From a virus (lineage: Duplodnaviria > Caudoviricetes), in IMG/VR virus record IMGVR_UViG_3300025133_000125, positions 1 through 57,157 of that record: a stretch of DNA of 57,157 nucleotides. One strand, 5' to 3'. Positions 10,565 to 19,006 of this stretch are shown piece after piece; positions within the stretch are counted from its first letter, which is position 1, and each line of letters opens with the position of its first letter. The position numbers and the translations under genes are program-made. Under the pieces are notes generated by a model, which made no database searches, was not told where the DNA came from, and was given only the letters and a program-made list of their open reading frames with translations.

Positions 10565-11481
10565 ATATTAATTCTCTGAAGTATAAGATCATAATCAGTA
10601 ACATCAACTCTTTTATTAATTGTATATTGCATACCTTTGAATCCCACATCTGATGGGTCACTATCACTTAGTTCAACTCTTGATACTTTTAAATTCCATT
10701 TTTTCAATTTTTTTGATATCACGCTTATCATTTTCTTTGCATCAGAGTCCAATGCTATAATAACTTCAGAAACTTTACTTGATACTAACCTTGATAGTAA
10801 AGAATCCTGTATAGTTTTACCTAAAAGTGGTATTGCGTTTCTTTTAATAGCAATTGCATCAAAAACACCTTCGCATAATATAACTGGCATGTTCCAGTTA
10901 ATGTAAAGATCAAATATAACTGTATTCTTTGGTACAGGTGGATTCTTGTATTTTAACTTTGAGTTATAAAAAGATCTTGCAATAAAATAATTTAATACAC
11001 CATTAGAATCATATGATGGGATTATTATTCGTCCTCCATACACACCGTCTGTACAGTAGCCTATATTATAACGAATGATGTCATGTTCTTCTATATTACG
11101 TTTTTTCAAGTATGATTTTGCTTGATTAAATGAAAGTGCTTCATTTTTTCCTTTCAATGTAAGAAATTCCTCCGGTAAACGAATTATTTGCTGTTTTTCT
11201 TCATTACTAAATGTAAACTTCTTTGAATTTTTAAAAATTTGCTCTAATTCTGTGTATATTGCTTTTGATGCCTTTAGCTTTTTAGCTAATGTAAATATAG
11301 ATTTTCCCTTAGCATCACAAACCCAACAATGCCATTGCTGTGTGACTACATTTACTTGTAATTTTTTCTTATGATGATTACAGAATGGACAAAAATAAAC
11401 TATCTCATCTTGACCACCGTCAGATCCTAGACTATCAAATGCTGTATTAAGTATGCTAAGTAGTCTTTGCTTTATTTCCAT
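10561..11481 (-). CDS. DNA primase (zinc finger + TOPRIM)
   Basis: CPFC...WHCWVC zinc finger, RIIIP, KYKNP, LCEGVFDA, ALDSDA, DPSD. Confidence 0.9.
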   Translation of the reverse strand: MEIKQRLLSILNTAFDSLGSDGGQDEIVYFCPFCNHHKKKLQVNVVTQQWHCWVCDAKGKSIFTLAKKLKASKAIYTELEQIFKNSKKFTFSNEEKQQIIRLPEEFLTLKGKNEALSFNQAKSYLKKRNIEEHDIIRYNIGYCTDGVYGGRIIIPSYDSNGVLNYFIARSFYNSKLKYKNPPVPKNTVIFDLYINWNMPVILCEGVFDAIAIKRNAIPLLGKTIQDSLLSRLVSSKVSEVIIALDSDAKKMISVISKKLKKWNLKVSRVELSDSDPSDVGFKGMQYTINKRVDVTDYDLILQRINI

Positions 11482-11812
11482 CTAGTAAATTTAAAAAATC
11501 TGTAATCTCTAATGTTGCGTAGATCTTTGATTTGTTTCTTTTGAATATTAATAATGGTACTAAGCCTTCACAATTATTTTCAGCTTGTTCTAGACTTTTC
11601 CAGATATTTAATGCTTCTTGATTTTTACATTCAATAGCAAAAGGAAAAACCTTTCTAGCAGCAGGAGAAAGTTGAACATCCATTCCATGTTCTCCCATTG
11701 TTGTTGACTTAAAGTCGCCTTCTTCTAAGTCTGAAGAATATTTTTCTTGTAAAAGTTTTGTAACTTTATTTTGTAACCTTTTACCTTTAGCTTTAGCGCT
11801 TCTTGGTCTCAT
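11456..11812 (-). CDS. Holliday junction resolvase-like PD-(D/E)XK nuclease
   Basis: AKAKGKRLQ...GMDV...FAIECKNQE; next to the primase. Confidence 0.75.
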   Translation of the reverse strand: MRPRSAKAKGKRLQNKVTKLLQEKYSSDLEEGDFKSTTMGEHGMDVQLSPAARKVFPFAIECKNQEALNIWKSLEQAENNCEGLVPLLIFKRNKSKIYATLEITDFLNLLDGNKAKTT

Positions 11813-11858
11813 TTTGTTTTAAACCTAAGTTTAAGTTGTTTTAAGAAAGTTTTAATTT

Positions 11859-11993
11859 TTAATTATTTTTTATTAGCTTTAGCTTTATAGCTTTAGCTTT
11901 ATTGGAAGTTTTAGAGTCAACATTGGCGAAAAGAAGGAACATTAATCCCGTCAATACTACAGTAAATCCTAGAATAGCTAAAACCTCGTACAT
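11859..11993 (-). CDS. Possible 44-aa single-TM peptide (not in track)
   Basis: MYEVLAILGFTVVLTGLMFLLFANVDSKTSNKAKAIKLKLIKNN; no clear SD. Confidence 0.35.
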   Translation of the reverse strand: MYEVLAILGFTVVLTGLMFLLFANVDSKTSNKAKAIKLKLIKNN

Positions 11994-12014
11994 GTACAGT
12001 TATATATATACTGA

Positions 12015-12869
12015 TTAGTTTGGAAAAGCTTGAATTTTTTTCATATATTTTTTAGCATTTTTCTTAGCATACTCTTCTGCTTGCTTTTCAAACGGATTAT
12101 CCCAATAAAAATCTTTACCTTTATCAACTTGTTTTTGTCCCGCTATAGTATATGCTGTTTCATAACCTTCAGAACCTAATTTTTTTCTCATCATCGCATG
12201 ATCACATTCATGTAAAATAGATTCTACAAAATCTTCTATAGAATCCTGTCGTGGATCTATCGATATTGTATCAGAGACCCACTCATAATCTGCTTTATTA
12301 TTTGATTGATCAATTTTTATTTTAGATCTCAATCCATGCATTTTAACTATTTCTTTTGCTATGTCTATCATATCGCTTCTATTCATTTTAAAACCCTCTG
12401 TAACAAATGTTTCTTTGTAATCTTTAATCTTGACAGGAATATTAAATCCTAATGCAAGTCCCATAATCATTCTAGAATTTCCAGCCATCAGATACAAGTC
12501 ATTATTTTTATCACGAATCATAAGCGGAGGTGGCAACTTGCTACGATTAATAAAACCATCTAGTAATCTTTTCCAGTCTCTTCCGTAATGCTTCATTAGT
12601 TTAATACACGCAGATAACCTTAATCCTTTGTTGCTGTAACCTAATATTTCTCCAATATCAGAATTTTTTATGTTAGCTAATTTATCAGGATTCAATAATT
12701 CAATATTAGCACCCTTGATAAAAGTTGCCATATCATCTTCATTAGAAAATAATTTTGGAATTGTTTTTGAAGTATAATCGTTATTAAAATATTCTGCATA
12801 TTCTGATTTTATTTCTTCAGAAGAATATTCTCTATAGTATTTGTACGGTTTTAAGCTACCATCCACCAT
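12015..12869 (-). CDS. Two-domain protein: ParB/Srx-like N-terminus + HExxH zincin-like metallopeptidase
   Basis: LPPPLMIRD...YLMAGNSR in the first domain; linker FVTEG; ESILHECDH...NPFEKQA in the second. Confidence 0.6.
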   Translation of the reverse strand: MVDGSLKPYKYYREYSSEEIKSEYAEYFNNDYTSKTIPKLFSNEDDMATFIKGANIELLNPDKLANIKNSDIGEILGYSNKGLRLSACIKLMKHYGRDWKRLLDGFINRSKLPPPLMIRDKNNDLYLMAGNSRMIMGLALGFNIPVKIKDYKETFVTEGFKMNRSDMIDIAKEIVKMHGLRSKIKIDQSNNKADYEWVSDTISIDPRQDSIEDFVESILHECDHAMMRKKLGSEGYETAYTIAGQKQVDKGKDFYWDNPFEKQAEEYAKKNAKKYMKKIQAFPN

Positions 12870-13144
12870 GCTGCCCCTATTTCGACTAGTAAGTCAGCAC
12901 CTGTATTGTACGCCCATTTCTTTTTGGTCCCGTACGTTTCCTCAGTACCTTCAACATACACTTCGAAGATTTCCCAAGCAACACCAATTATTGCAACCCA
13001 TAAGACAGCCCATAAATCAGAGCACCCTAACCACTGGGCGATTTTAGCAATAAACAGACCTGCTGCTATATGATAAGACGTCCAGTGATCAAGTTGTCCA
13101 GTTGAAAGCTGCCAATTAACAAATCCTTGAATCGGATTGTTCAT
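12851..13144 (-). CDS. Small integral membrane protein (VanZ/DUF2238-like motif)
   Basis: DHWTSYHIAAG...GVAWEIFE...NTGADLL; hydrophobic segments. Confidence 0.55.
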   Translation of the reverse strand: MNNPIQGFVNWQLSTGQLDHWTSYHIAAGLFIAKIAQWLGCSDLWAVLWVAIIGVAWEIFEVYVEGTEETYGTKKKWAYNTGADLLVEIGAAWWMVA

Positions 13145-13338
13145 TATTTGCTCCCAAATACCTTAGAAAAGAAACCTTTCTTCTTTTTGCCTTTGCCTTT
13201 AGAAATCTTCTTTCCTTTTTTCTTTTTCTTCTTCTTAATTTCTTCCATGCCTGCCATGTTCATATCAGCTGCATTAACTGTTGGTACAGCAGCAAATAAT
13301 ATTACAGCAGAAAGAAGCAATTTGATTATGTTTTTCAT
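13144..13338 (-). CDS. Exported lysine-rich peptide
   Basis: Signal peptide ending VNA, then KKKKKKKGKKISKGKGKKKKGFFSKVFGSK; GGAGG SD. Confidence 0.7.
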   Translation of the reverse strand: MKNIIKLLLSAVILFAAVPTVNAADMNMAGMEEIKKKKKKKGKKISKGKGKKKKGFFSKVFGSK

Positions 13339-13553
13339 AGGACTTCCTCCATTTTCTTATTTATAGCACCAATTATGCTATTAAAATCTTTATATGCTTT
13401 TTTTATTACGCCAGGCTTCTTGCGCTTGATACCACCTAATAATCTTTTAAAATTTGTAACCATATTACTTCCATATAACTGTAGTAATACATAAGCGCGT
13501 TCATCATCATCCATTTCACGAAGACGCTTGATTAGTACTTCCGTCTTAGACAT
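13335..13553 (-). CDS. Hypothetical protein
   Basis: Translationally coupled to both neighbours. Confidence 0.7.
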   Translation of the reverse strand: MSKTEVLIKRLREMDDDERAYVLLQLYGSNMVTNFKRLLGGIKRKKPGVIKKAYKDFNSIIGAINKKMEEVL

Positions 13554-14167
13554 TATCTATCTTTGTAATAGTCTTCGAAATCTTTCATTGCAGACCGCAT
13601 ATCAAATTTTTGAGTTTGTGTATTGATATTCTTTTTAATTGCGTAAAGAAAAGCAACTCTTAATCCAGGTGCATTAAAATTCGACATCATTTGGTTTATC
13701 TTATCAACAGAATTTGAAACACCCTCAATAGCATTTTTCAATGGCTTCTTAAGTTTAACAGCTGTTTTCATATCTTCATCTGCTACTGACCCTTCTTCTT
13801 TGATGAGCGCTTTTCTGATAACTTCTCTTAACTGTGATTTGAATTTACTTTCCTTCATTTTATTATCCTCTGTCTGATTTGTCCATCGATATCTTTCCAT
13901 ATCACTAACAACTTCGTCGGGAGATACACCTAAATCGTCAGCTATTGATTTAACAATATCATATCCCTTAGCACCAGATTTTTTAGCCATCTTGATCATT
14001 TTTTGCAGTTGAGCCTTATTGACTTCATTTACGGATTCATTCGCTTTTTGCATAAGCTTTGCAATTTTTACTAATGTCTCTTTGTCTTTTTTAGAAATCA
14101 TATCAAGCTGTCTATCTTTTGCAATTGCTTTTAGTGCTTTTTCATAAGCTGCTGTTGACTCTATCAT
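13553..14167 (-). CDS. Putative head-packaged multi-module protein
   Basis: ESVNE linker; internal SD-preceded ATG at 13858 (MKESKFKSQLREVIRKALIKEE). Confidence 0.6.
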   Translation of the reverse strand: MIESTAAYEKALKAIAKDRQLDMISKKDKETLVKIAKLMQKANESVNEVNKAQLQKMIKMAKKSGAKGYDIVKSIADDLGVSPDEVVSDMERYRWTNQTEDNKMKESKFKSQLREVIRKALIKEEGSVADEDMKTAVKLKKPLKNAIEGVSNSVDKINQMMSNFNAPGLRVAFLYAIKKNINTQTQKFDMRSAMKDFEDYYKDR

Positions 14168-14168
14168 T

Positions 14169-14777
14169 TTATCTCACCTTCTTTAATAATTTTTCTACTG
14201 CCATGAGTAACTTTTTTGATTGTTTAGGATTATCAAATGCATCATTTGCTTCTTCAGAATAAACTGCGTCTATTAAATAATCTACATCTTCTATTGCGTG
14301 CTCAAGATGATTTATAAGAGGAGAGGCAATTTCCTTTACTGATTCAGAAGCGCCATCTGGATAAAATCTATCTAATTGATCCCACCATTTTTGAAACTTT
14401 GAATATTCAGCTTTATAGCCACCTTTCTGAAGTGCGTACTTCATATTAACTATTGCATCATGTACTTCATCGTATGCTTGATCAATATTTAAATTTTGCT
14501 TTGGTGCTTCATTTACAGATTCGTCTATATGAGGATTATTTTGGTGTCCTTTTGACCAACTACTCATTAAACCTACAAATGGAATAACATGTTTTTTAAA
14601 ATTCTTTAAAATAATTCTTTCATCCGTACTACCGGTTGTGCCTACCTTAGTAGTACTTTTGGCTAAATTCATAGTTTCTCTTGCAAAAGCTTCATATGTT
14701 TTATACCACTTCGTATATAAATCCCAATATTTTTTCTTATCACCTTCAGTTATCAATAGATCTGTTAATTTTATCAT
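14169..14777 (-). CDS. Putative head-packaged multi-module protein
   Basis: MIKLTDLLITE leader; DESVNEA and SESVKEI linkers. Confidence 0.65.
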   Translation of the reverse strand: MIKLTDLLITEGDKKKYWDLYTKWYKTYEAFARETMNLAKSTTKVGTTGSTDERIILKNFKKHVIPFVGLMSSWSKGHQNNPHIDESVNEAPKQNLNIDQAYDEVHDAIVNMKYALQKGGYKAEYSKFQKWWDQLDRFYPDGASESVKEIASPLINHLEHAIEDVDYLIDAVYSEEANDAFDNPKQSKKLLMAVEKLLKKVR

Positions 14778-14779
14778 TA

Positions 14780-15148
14780 TTATTTCCAGGCCTTTACATA
14801 ATCTTTCATAAGACCATCTAATGCTTTTTTAACTTTCTTTTCCCAAGCAGTCAATTGTTTATATCTCTTTTCATATAGATTATCATCTCCACCTTCAAAA
14901 CCATGATACTCACCTGAATCACCATCAAATGAGCCGACTCGTAGATAATTCATATCTTTTGAAAATTGTTCAAAATGACCTTTTACATCCTTTATAGGAT
15001 CATGTAAATCAATATACTCATTGATTTGTTCTCCGTTTTTCTCTTGATGTTTTTTTGCTATATCTTCTAATGTAGGAAGTGGATCACCAAATTGTCTATT
15101 TTCAAATCCTGGAGAACTTTCTTTTAATAAGTCTTTTAATTTAATCAT
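14780..15148 (-). CDS. Putative head-packaged protein
   Basis: MIKLKDLLKE leader; QINE linker. Confidence 0.65.
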   Translation of the reverse strand: MIKLKDLLKESSPGFENRQFGDPLPTLEDIAKKHQEKNGEQINEYIDLHDPIKDVKGHFEQFSKDMNYLRVGSFDGDSGEYHGFEGGDDNLYEKRYKQLTAWEKKVKKALDGLMKDYVKAWK

Positions 15149-15837
15149 CTGTAGTGCCTCTCAATCCAGTTATAAATTTCTTTTGCCTCTTTGTCAGATA
15201 ATGCTCTGAATACTTCGTCTAAAACCTTTTTCTCAGAGCCTAGCATATCAATTAGATCATCCATCAAACCCAATCTTTTATTAACACCTTCACTTATATT
15301 TTCATCTGCACCAAAACCAGATTTAATTTTTTGCACCATTTGAATTAATTTTTGTGGCTCAATATCTAATGCATCTATTATACCTGCCAAAACATGAATT
15401 TTTCTTTTTCTACTTAATCCTGTATCATCTAGTGCATCGACAAATTTTGCCATAAATCTTTTAACATTACCAGGCAATGCAACATCTGCTTCATTTACTG
15501 ATTCATCTAAGTCTGACTTTTTAAAATCTTTTAAGTTTTTTACAACCTTTCTCATGTCACCATACTTGCCAACAATAAAATCATTACTTGAAACGCCTAA
15601 ATCAATTTCACCATTTTTGTGAACATAAAATGGAAGTACATCTTTACCGTTTGTTTGTGCATTAGATTCAACAGTATAAAAACAACCATAAATAGCATTT
15701 GTAAAGCCACGTTTCATTTCCTGATGTTTAAGAACTTTGATTCCTGCTTTTCTTAATGCATCATCTAAAAATTTCTTAATGGCTAGCTTAGCCTGTGAAG
15801 GTTCTTCGGGCTTTGGTGCTTCTTTTAATTTAGACAT
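15145..15837 (-). CDS. Putative head-packaged multi-module protein
   Basis: MSKLKE leader; DESVNEA and NISEG linkers; first module resembles that of 17618..18229. Confidence 0.6.
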   Translation of the reverse strand: MSKLKEAPKPEEPSQAKLAIKKFLDDALRKAGIKVLKHQEMKRGFTNAIYGCFYTVESNAQTNGKDVLPFYVHKNGEIDLGVSSNDFIVGKYGDMRKVVKNLKDFKKSDLDESVNEADVALPGNVKRFMAKFVDALDDTGLSRKRKIHVLAGIIDALDIEPQKLIQMVQKIKSGFGADENISEGVNKRLGLMDDLIDMLGSEKKVLDEVFRALSDKEAKEIYNWIERHYR

Positions 15838-15840
15838 TTA

Positions 15841-16470
15841 TTAACTCCTAAACAATGTATCATATTCTTTACGATCATATTTAACACCAGCAAATTTTGC
15901 TGCCTCCCATAGTGTCATATAATGAGAGTCCGTTGAGATATGGAATTTTGGCTTAAACTCAGCTATGTGTATATCCATATCTGACACTTCCCATGCCTTT
16001 TTAATAGTCATGGCATCTTTCCTTGTCATAGTCTGACCCCAAATATTTGTCATGCTCCCGTCAGTTTTACCATATTTATAAATTATAATTTCACATTGTG
16101 GTTGGAAAGACATATACATTTTTTTAATTTTGAATTTTCCCTTTTTAGCAGCTGCATTAAAAATTGGTTTTGCAAATTTCATTTGATCAGCACTAAATTC
16201 GTCTGCTTCATTAAGCCTTTGTACTTCTTCTTTGGTTATACCTTTTATAACGCCCCTAAGCTTATCAAGCTTTGATTCCTTAGCATCATCTGTATAGTTT
16301 TTTTCAATGTAATTAAAAAAATCTTTTTTCTTATCACCCTTTAAATCAGCAGGAGATTTTACATCAAATTTCTTTAATGCAGAGTTAAAAAAATTCTTGT
16401 ACTCCTCTTTACTACCTTCTGCAACATTAGTGACAATGTGTTTTATGATCGCTTCACTATAATAAGACAT
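15841..16470 (-). CDS. Putative head-packaged/prohead core-like protein
   Basis: NVAEG and RLNEA linkers; helical EEYKNFFNSALKKFDVKSPADL module; late motif upstream. Confidence 0.55.
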   Translation of the reverse strand: MSYYSEAIIKHIVTNVAEGSKEEYKNFFNSALKKFDVKSPADLKGDKKKDFFNYIEKNYTDDAKESKLDKLRGVIKGITKEEVQRLNEADEFSADQMKFAKPIFNAAAKKGKFKIKKMYMSFQPQCEIIIYKYGKTDGSMTNIWGQTMTRKDAMTIKKAWEVSDMDIHIAEFKPKFHISTDSHYMTLWEAAKFAGVKYDRKEYDTLFRS

Positions 16471-16490
16471 GCTACTATCTCCATTTTCTT

Positions 16491-16498
16491 ATAAATAT
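16491..16498 (-). promoter_or_regulatory. Putative late promoter motif ATATTTAT
   Basis: Intergenic, 21 nt upstream of ATG 16470. Confidence 0.55.
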
Positions 16499-16519
16499 CG
16501 TGTTAATGTAAATATATGT

Positions 16520-16846
16520 TTAATCATCAGCGTGTTCTAGCAATTTAACATCATCCTCAGCATTATTAAACCAAAAATCAATTACCTTTGCGAATGAACC
16601 AACAAACCCACCTAACATTAGTAGTAAAATCTCTTTCCAGCCACCAACAACATCAACACCGTTACTCATAAAGTAAATCATTAATGCAAGAATTGTTGCA
16701 AACAATGAAACAACAACTATGCTGATTAACCATTTTTTAGCCTGTCTGAATTTTATAATACCGATCAATTCTTGATTAATAGAATGTTTTTGATCTTGTG
16801 TGTATCTTTCATCAGATAGAACAGCTGTCTTTTTTAAATCTGCCAT
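16520..16846 (-). CDS. Holin-like two-TM membrane protein
   Basis: Two TM helices; LLLMLGGFVGSFAKVIDFWF. Confidence 0.5.
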   Translation of the reverse strand: MADLKKTAVLSDERYTQDQKHSINQELIGIIKFRQAKKWLISIVVVSLFATILALMIYFMSNGVDVVGGWKEILLLMLGGFVGSFAKVIDFWFNNAEDDVKLLEHADD

Positions 16847-16855
16847 AATAGCCTC

Positions 16856-17029
16856 CTATTTGTCTTTTGAAACCGAAGCTTTTCTATACTCAGTAACAAG
16901 TTTTTTTATTTCGCCAATTGCTTTGCGTGCTCTTCCACCAGCAGACTTATTTCCTTTTACAGAATGTGCCTGATGATTCTCTTCAAATGCGTCCCAAAGT
17001 TCTTTTAATTGATTGTAAATATTATTCAT
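16856..17029 (-). CDS. Histone H1-like protein, Hc1 family (57 aa; not in track)
   Basis: MNNIYNQLKELWDAFEENHQAHSVKGNKSAGGRARKAIGEIKKLVTEYRKASVSKDK; GNKxAxxRAR...RKxS is the Hc1 signature. Confidence 0.85.
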   Translation of the reverse strand: MNNIYNQLKELWDAFEENHQAHSVKGNKSAGGRARKAIGEIKKLVTEYRKASVSKDK

Positions 17030-17040
17030 CTTTTAATTTC

Positions 17041-17322
17041 CTATTTTATATAATCGTCATCATGATCTAAATAACCAAACCATCCTTCATATGCAACTTC
17101 TGCATTTTGTTTGGCATCTTTCCACCTTCTATGTGTATTGTACAAAACATCGTGGCTTGATGGTGCGCCTCCATGTATTTTTTTATATTGCTCTGCTGCT
17201 TTTTCCATCATTTGAACTATTTTTTTACATTGTGCCCTAAGCTTAACAACATCACGCTTAGCTGCAGCATATTCTTTAGGATCATAAGCTTCTGATATTT
17301 CTAAAAATTTACTTAGCTTCAT
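17041..17322 (-). CDS. Putative head-packaged protein
   Basis: MKLSKFLEISEA leader. Confidence 0.55.
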   Translation of the reverse strand: MKLSKFLEISEAYDPKEYAAAKRDVVKLRAQCKKIVQMMEKAAEQYKKIHGGAPSSHDVLYNTHRRWKDAKQNAEVAYEGWFGYLDHDDDYIK

Positions 17323-17618
17323 TTTAATTCTCTTTCAGCATAAGGTATTGCACTTGGTTGCCAAATATACTCATTCTTTTTTTCTGACCAAGCAATCATC
17401 TCTCCTGTCATGCCGTTAATTATATCAAAGTCCGGTACTTTTCCAGATAATATTATTTTCATAGCCTTTGCTATAGCAGCCTTAAGTTCTTTTTTAGTTT
17501 TCGCATGAATATTACCTTGTTTATCAACATCTTCAATTACAGATCCAAAAGCTTTTGCTGGATGATGATCAGAAATATGTCCCTTTTGATTTTTTAATAA
17601 ATCTGTTAGTTTGATCAT
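17319..17618 (-). CDS. Putative head-packaged protein
   Basis: MIKLTDLLK leader; SVIED. Confidence 0.6.
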   Translation of the reverse strand: MIKLTDLLKNQKGHISDHHPAKAFGSVIEDVDKQGNIHAKTKKELKAAIAKAMKIILSGKVPDFDIINGMTGEMIAWSEKKNEYIWQPSAIPYAERELK

Positions 17619-18229
17619 TATGTAAACCTCACTTTTTCTATGTCCCTGTCAGGGAATTTTCTTTTTATATAATCAACAGCCCACTTAGCAGCTAACTTTA
17701 ACTTATGCGTATTCGAGTCTACAACGTATCTTGCACCTATTCCATCTACTACAATATAGTAATCATGCTTTTTAATTCCATACTTCTTTCCCATAGAATA
17801 TTTATCTGCTTCATTACTACGATATATAGAAACTTTTCTATACTTTGATAATCTTGCTGTTCCAACATACACATCGCCAACATCCATTCTTTCATTTATA
17901 GGTCTTAACAAATGAAGATCTTTGTATTTAGATTCAACCCATTTATTATTTCGTTTTATTGATTTCATCCAGTCTATTATTTTGTTTGACTTATCAATTC
18001 TACCAATATTTTTATCTTGATAAAATACATCGCCATATTTGCTAACACTCATTGGAAGTATAGCATTTTTAGTTTTAAACTCCCCGGACCATATTTCATT
18101 ATACCCTTTTTTTGTAGCCTTAAAACTTTTTACTTGAAAGCCTGCCCGCTTTAGCATGCTTACTAAAGCACCATTTATTTTTAAATCCTGATTAGGGCTT
18201 AATTCTTTTGCTTCGTGAGTATTACTCAT
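17618..18229 (-). CDS. Putative head-packaged multi-module protein
   Basis: Likely start 18229 (ATGA overlap with the upstream stop); PINER linker; first module paralogous to that of 15145..15837. Confidence 0.55.
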   Translation of the reverse strand: MSNTHEAKELSPNQDLKINGALVSMLKRAGFQVKSFKATKKGYNEIWSGEFKTKNAILPMSVSKYGDVFYQDKNIGRIDKSNKIIDWMKSIKRNNKWVESKYKDLHLLRPINERMDVGDVYVGTARLSKYRKVSIYRSNEADKYSMGKKYGIKKHDYYIVVDGIGARYVVDSNTHKLKLAAKWAVDYIKRKFPDRDIEKVRFT

Positions 18230-18573
18230 TTTAATTTTATTCCAAACTTTTTTAGTTTCGCGTGTAATCCTAACATCCAAGAATAAACTGCCTTCTCAAT
18301 ATCTGCTTTGCCTTCATACTTTACTAATACTCTAAAGATGTCATTATTAATGTATTTTAAAGCTCTGGCCAAATCATAATCAGGAGCTTCTTCATTTACA
18401 GATTCTTTTTCTACTTTTTTAATTAGTTTTGCGCCGTCTTTTAATCCACTAGCAACTTTTTCAGCAGCTTCCTTTTCATTCTTTGCGCTAACAGTTTTGG
18501 ACATTAGGCCAGCAGAGCCAACATCAAAGTAAACTGTATACTTATCTTCTAATAAAGATTTTAATTTGATCAT
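18226..18573 (-). CDS. Putative head-packaged two-module protein
   Basis: MIKLKSLLE leader; KESVNEE linker. Confidence 0.65.
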   Translation of the reverse strand: MIKLKSLLEDKYTVYFDVGSAGLMSKTVSAKNEKEAAEKVASGLKDGAKLIKKVEKESVNEEAPDYDLARALKYINNDIFRVLVKYEGKADIEKAVYSWMLGLHAKLKKFGIKLK

Positions 18574-18995
18574 TTTGTCACCTTCTTAACTTTTTCAATT
18601 GAACGACCTGCGAAGTATGCTGCGTATACAGTCATTAATAGTGTTTGATAAACTGGCACATATGCAGCACCAATTGTAAAATCTTCACCTGCAATTTGCA
18701 AGTTCCCATCAAATACACTTAATACAGTAAAGACAGCAGTTAAAAATATCAATGTTAATGGTCTAATATTTTTTGATAACCAACTTCCGTGTTTCATATC
18801 AGCTTCCCATCTTGCTGATACTTGTGCTTGAGCTGCTTGTTCTGCTTTGGCTAAAATTTCAGTAATTCTTTCTTTTGCAGCGGCTTTCTCTTCACCTGAA
18901 GTATGTAAATTATCTATAATCCCACCTACATCTTTTAATGTATCACCACCTAATAGTGATCCAGCTGCCTTTCCTAGTGTTGCTAATAAACTCAT
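18570..18995 (-). CDS. Holin, GTA-type 'holin of 3TMs' family
   Basis: RWEADMKHGSWLSKNIRPL, TM segments, AYFAGRSIEK C-terminus. Confidence 0.8.
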   Translation of the reverse strand: MSLLATLGKAAGSLLGGDTLKDVGGIIDNLHTSGEEKAAAKERITEILAKAEQAAQAQVSARWEADMKHGSWLSKNIRPLTLIFLTAVFTVLSVFDGNLQIAGEDFTIGAAYVPVYQTLLMTVYAAYFAGRSIEKVKKVTK

Positions 18996-19006
18996 AACTA
19001 TTCTCC

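Noticed and set aside
11813-12014. AT-rich gap with a perfect 14-nt tandem repeat (tagctttagcttta x2, 11874-11901) as a replication origin
   Set aside because: Only two copies, overlapping a plausible small ORF, with no independent origin evidence. It stays a weak possibility because the primase is nearby.
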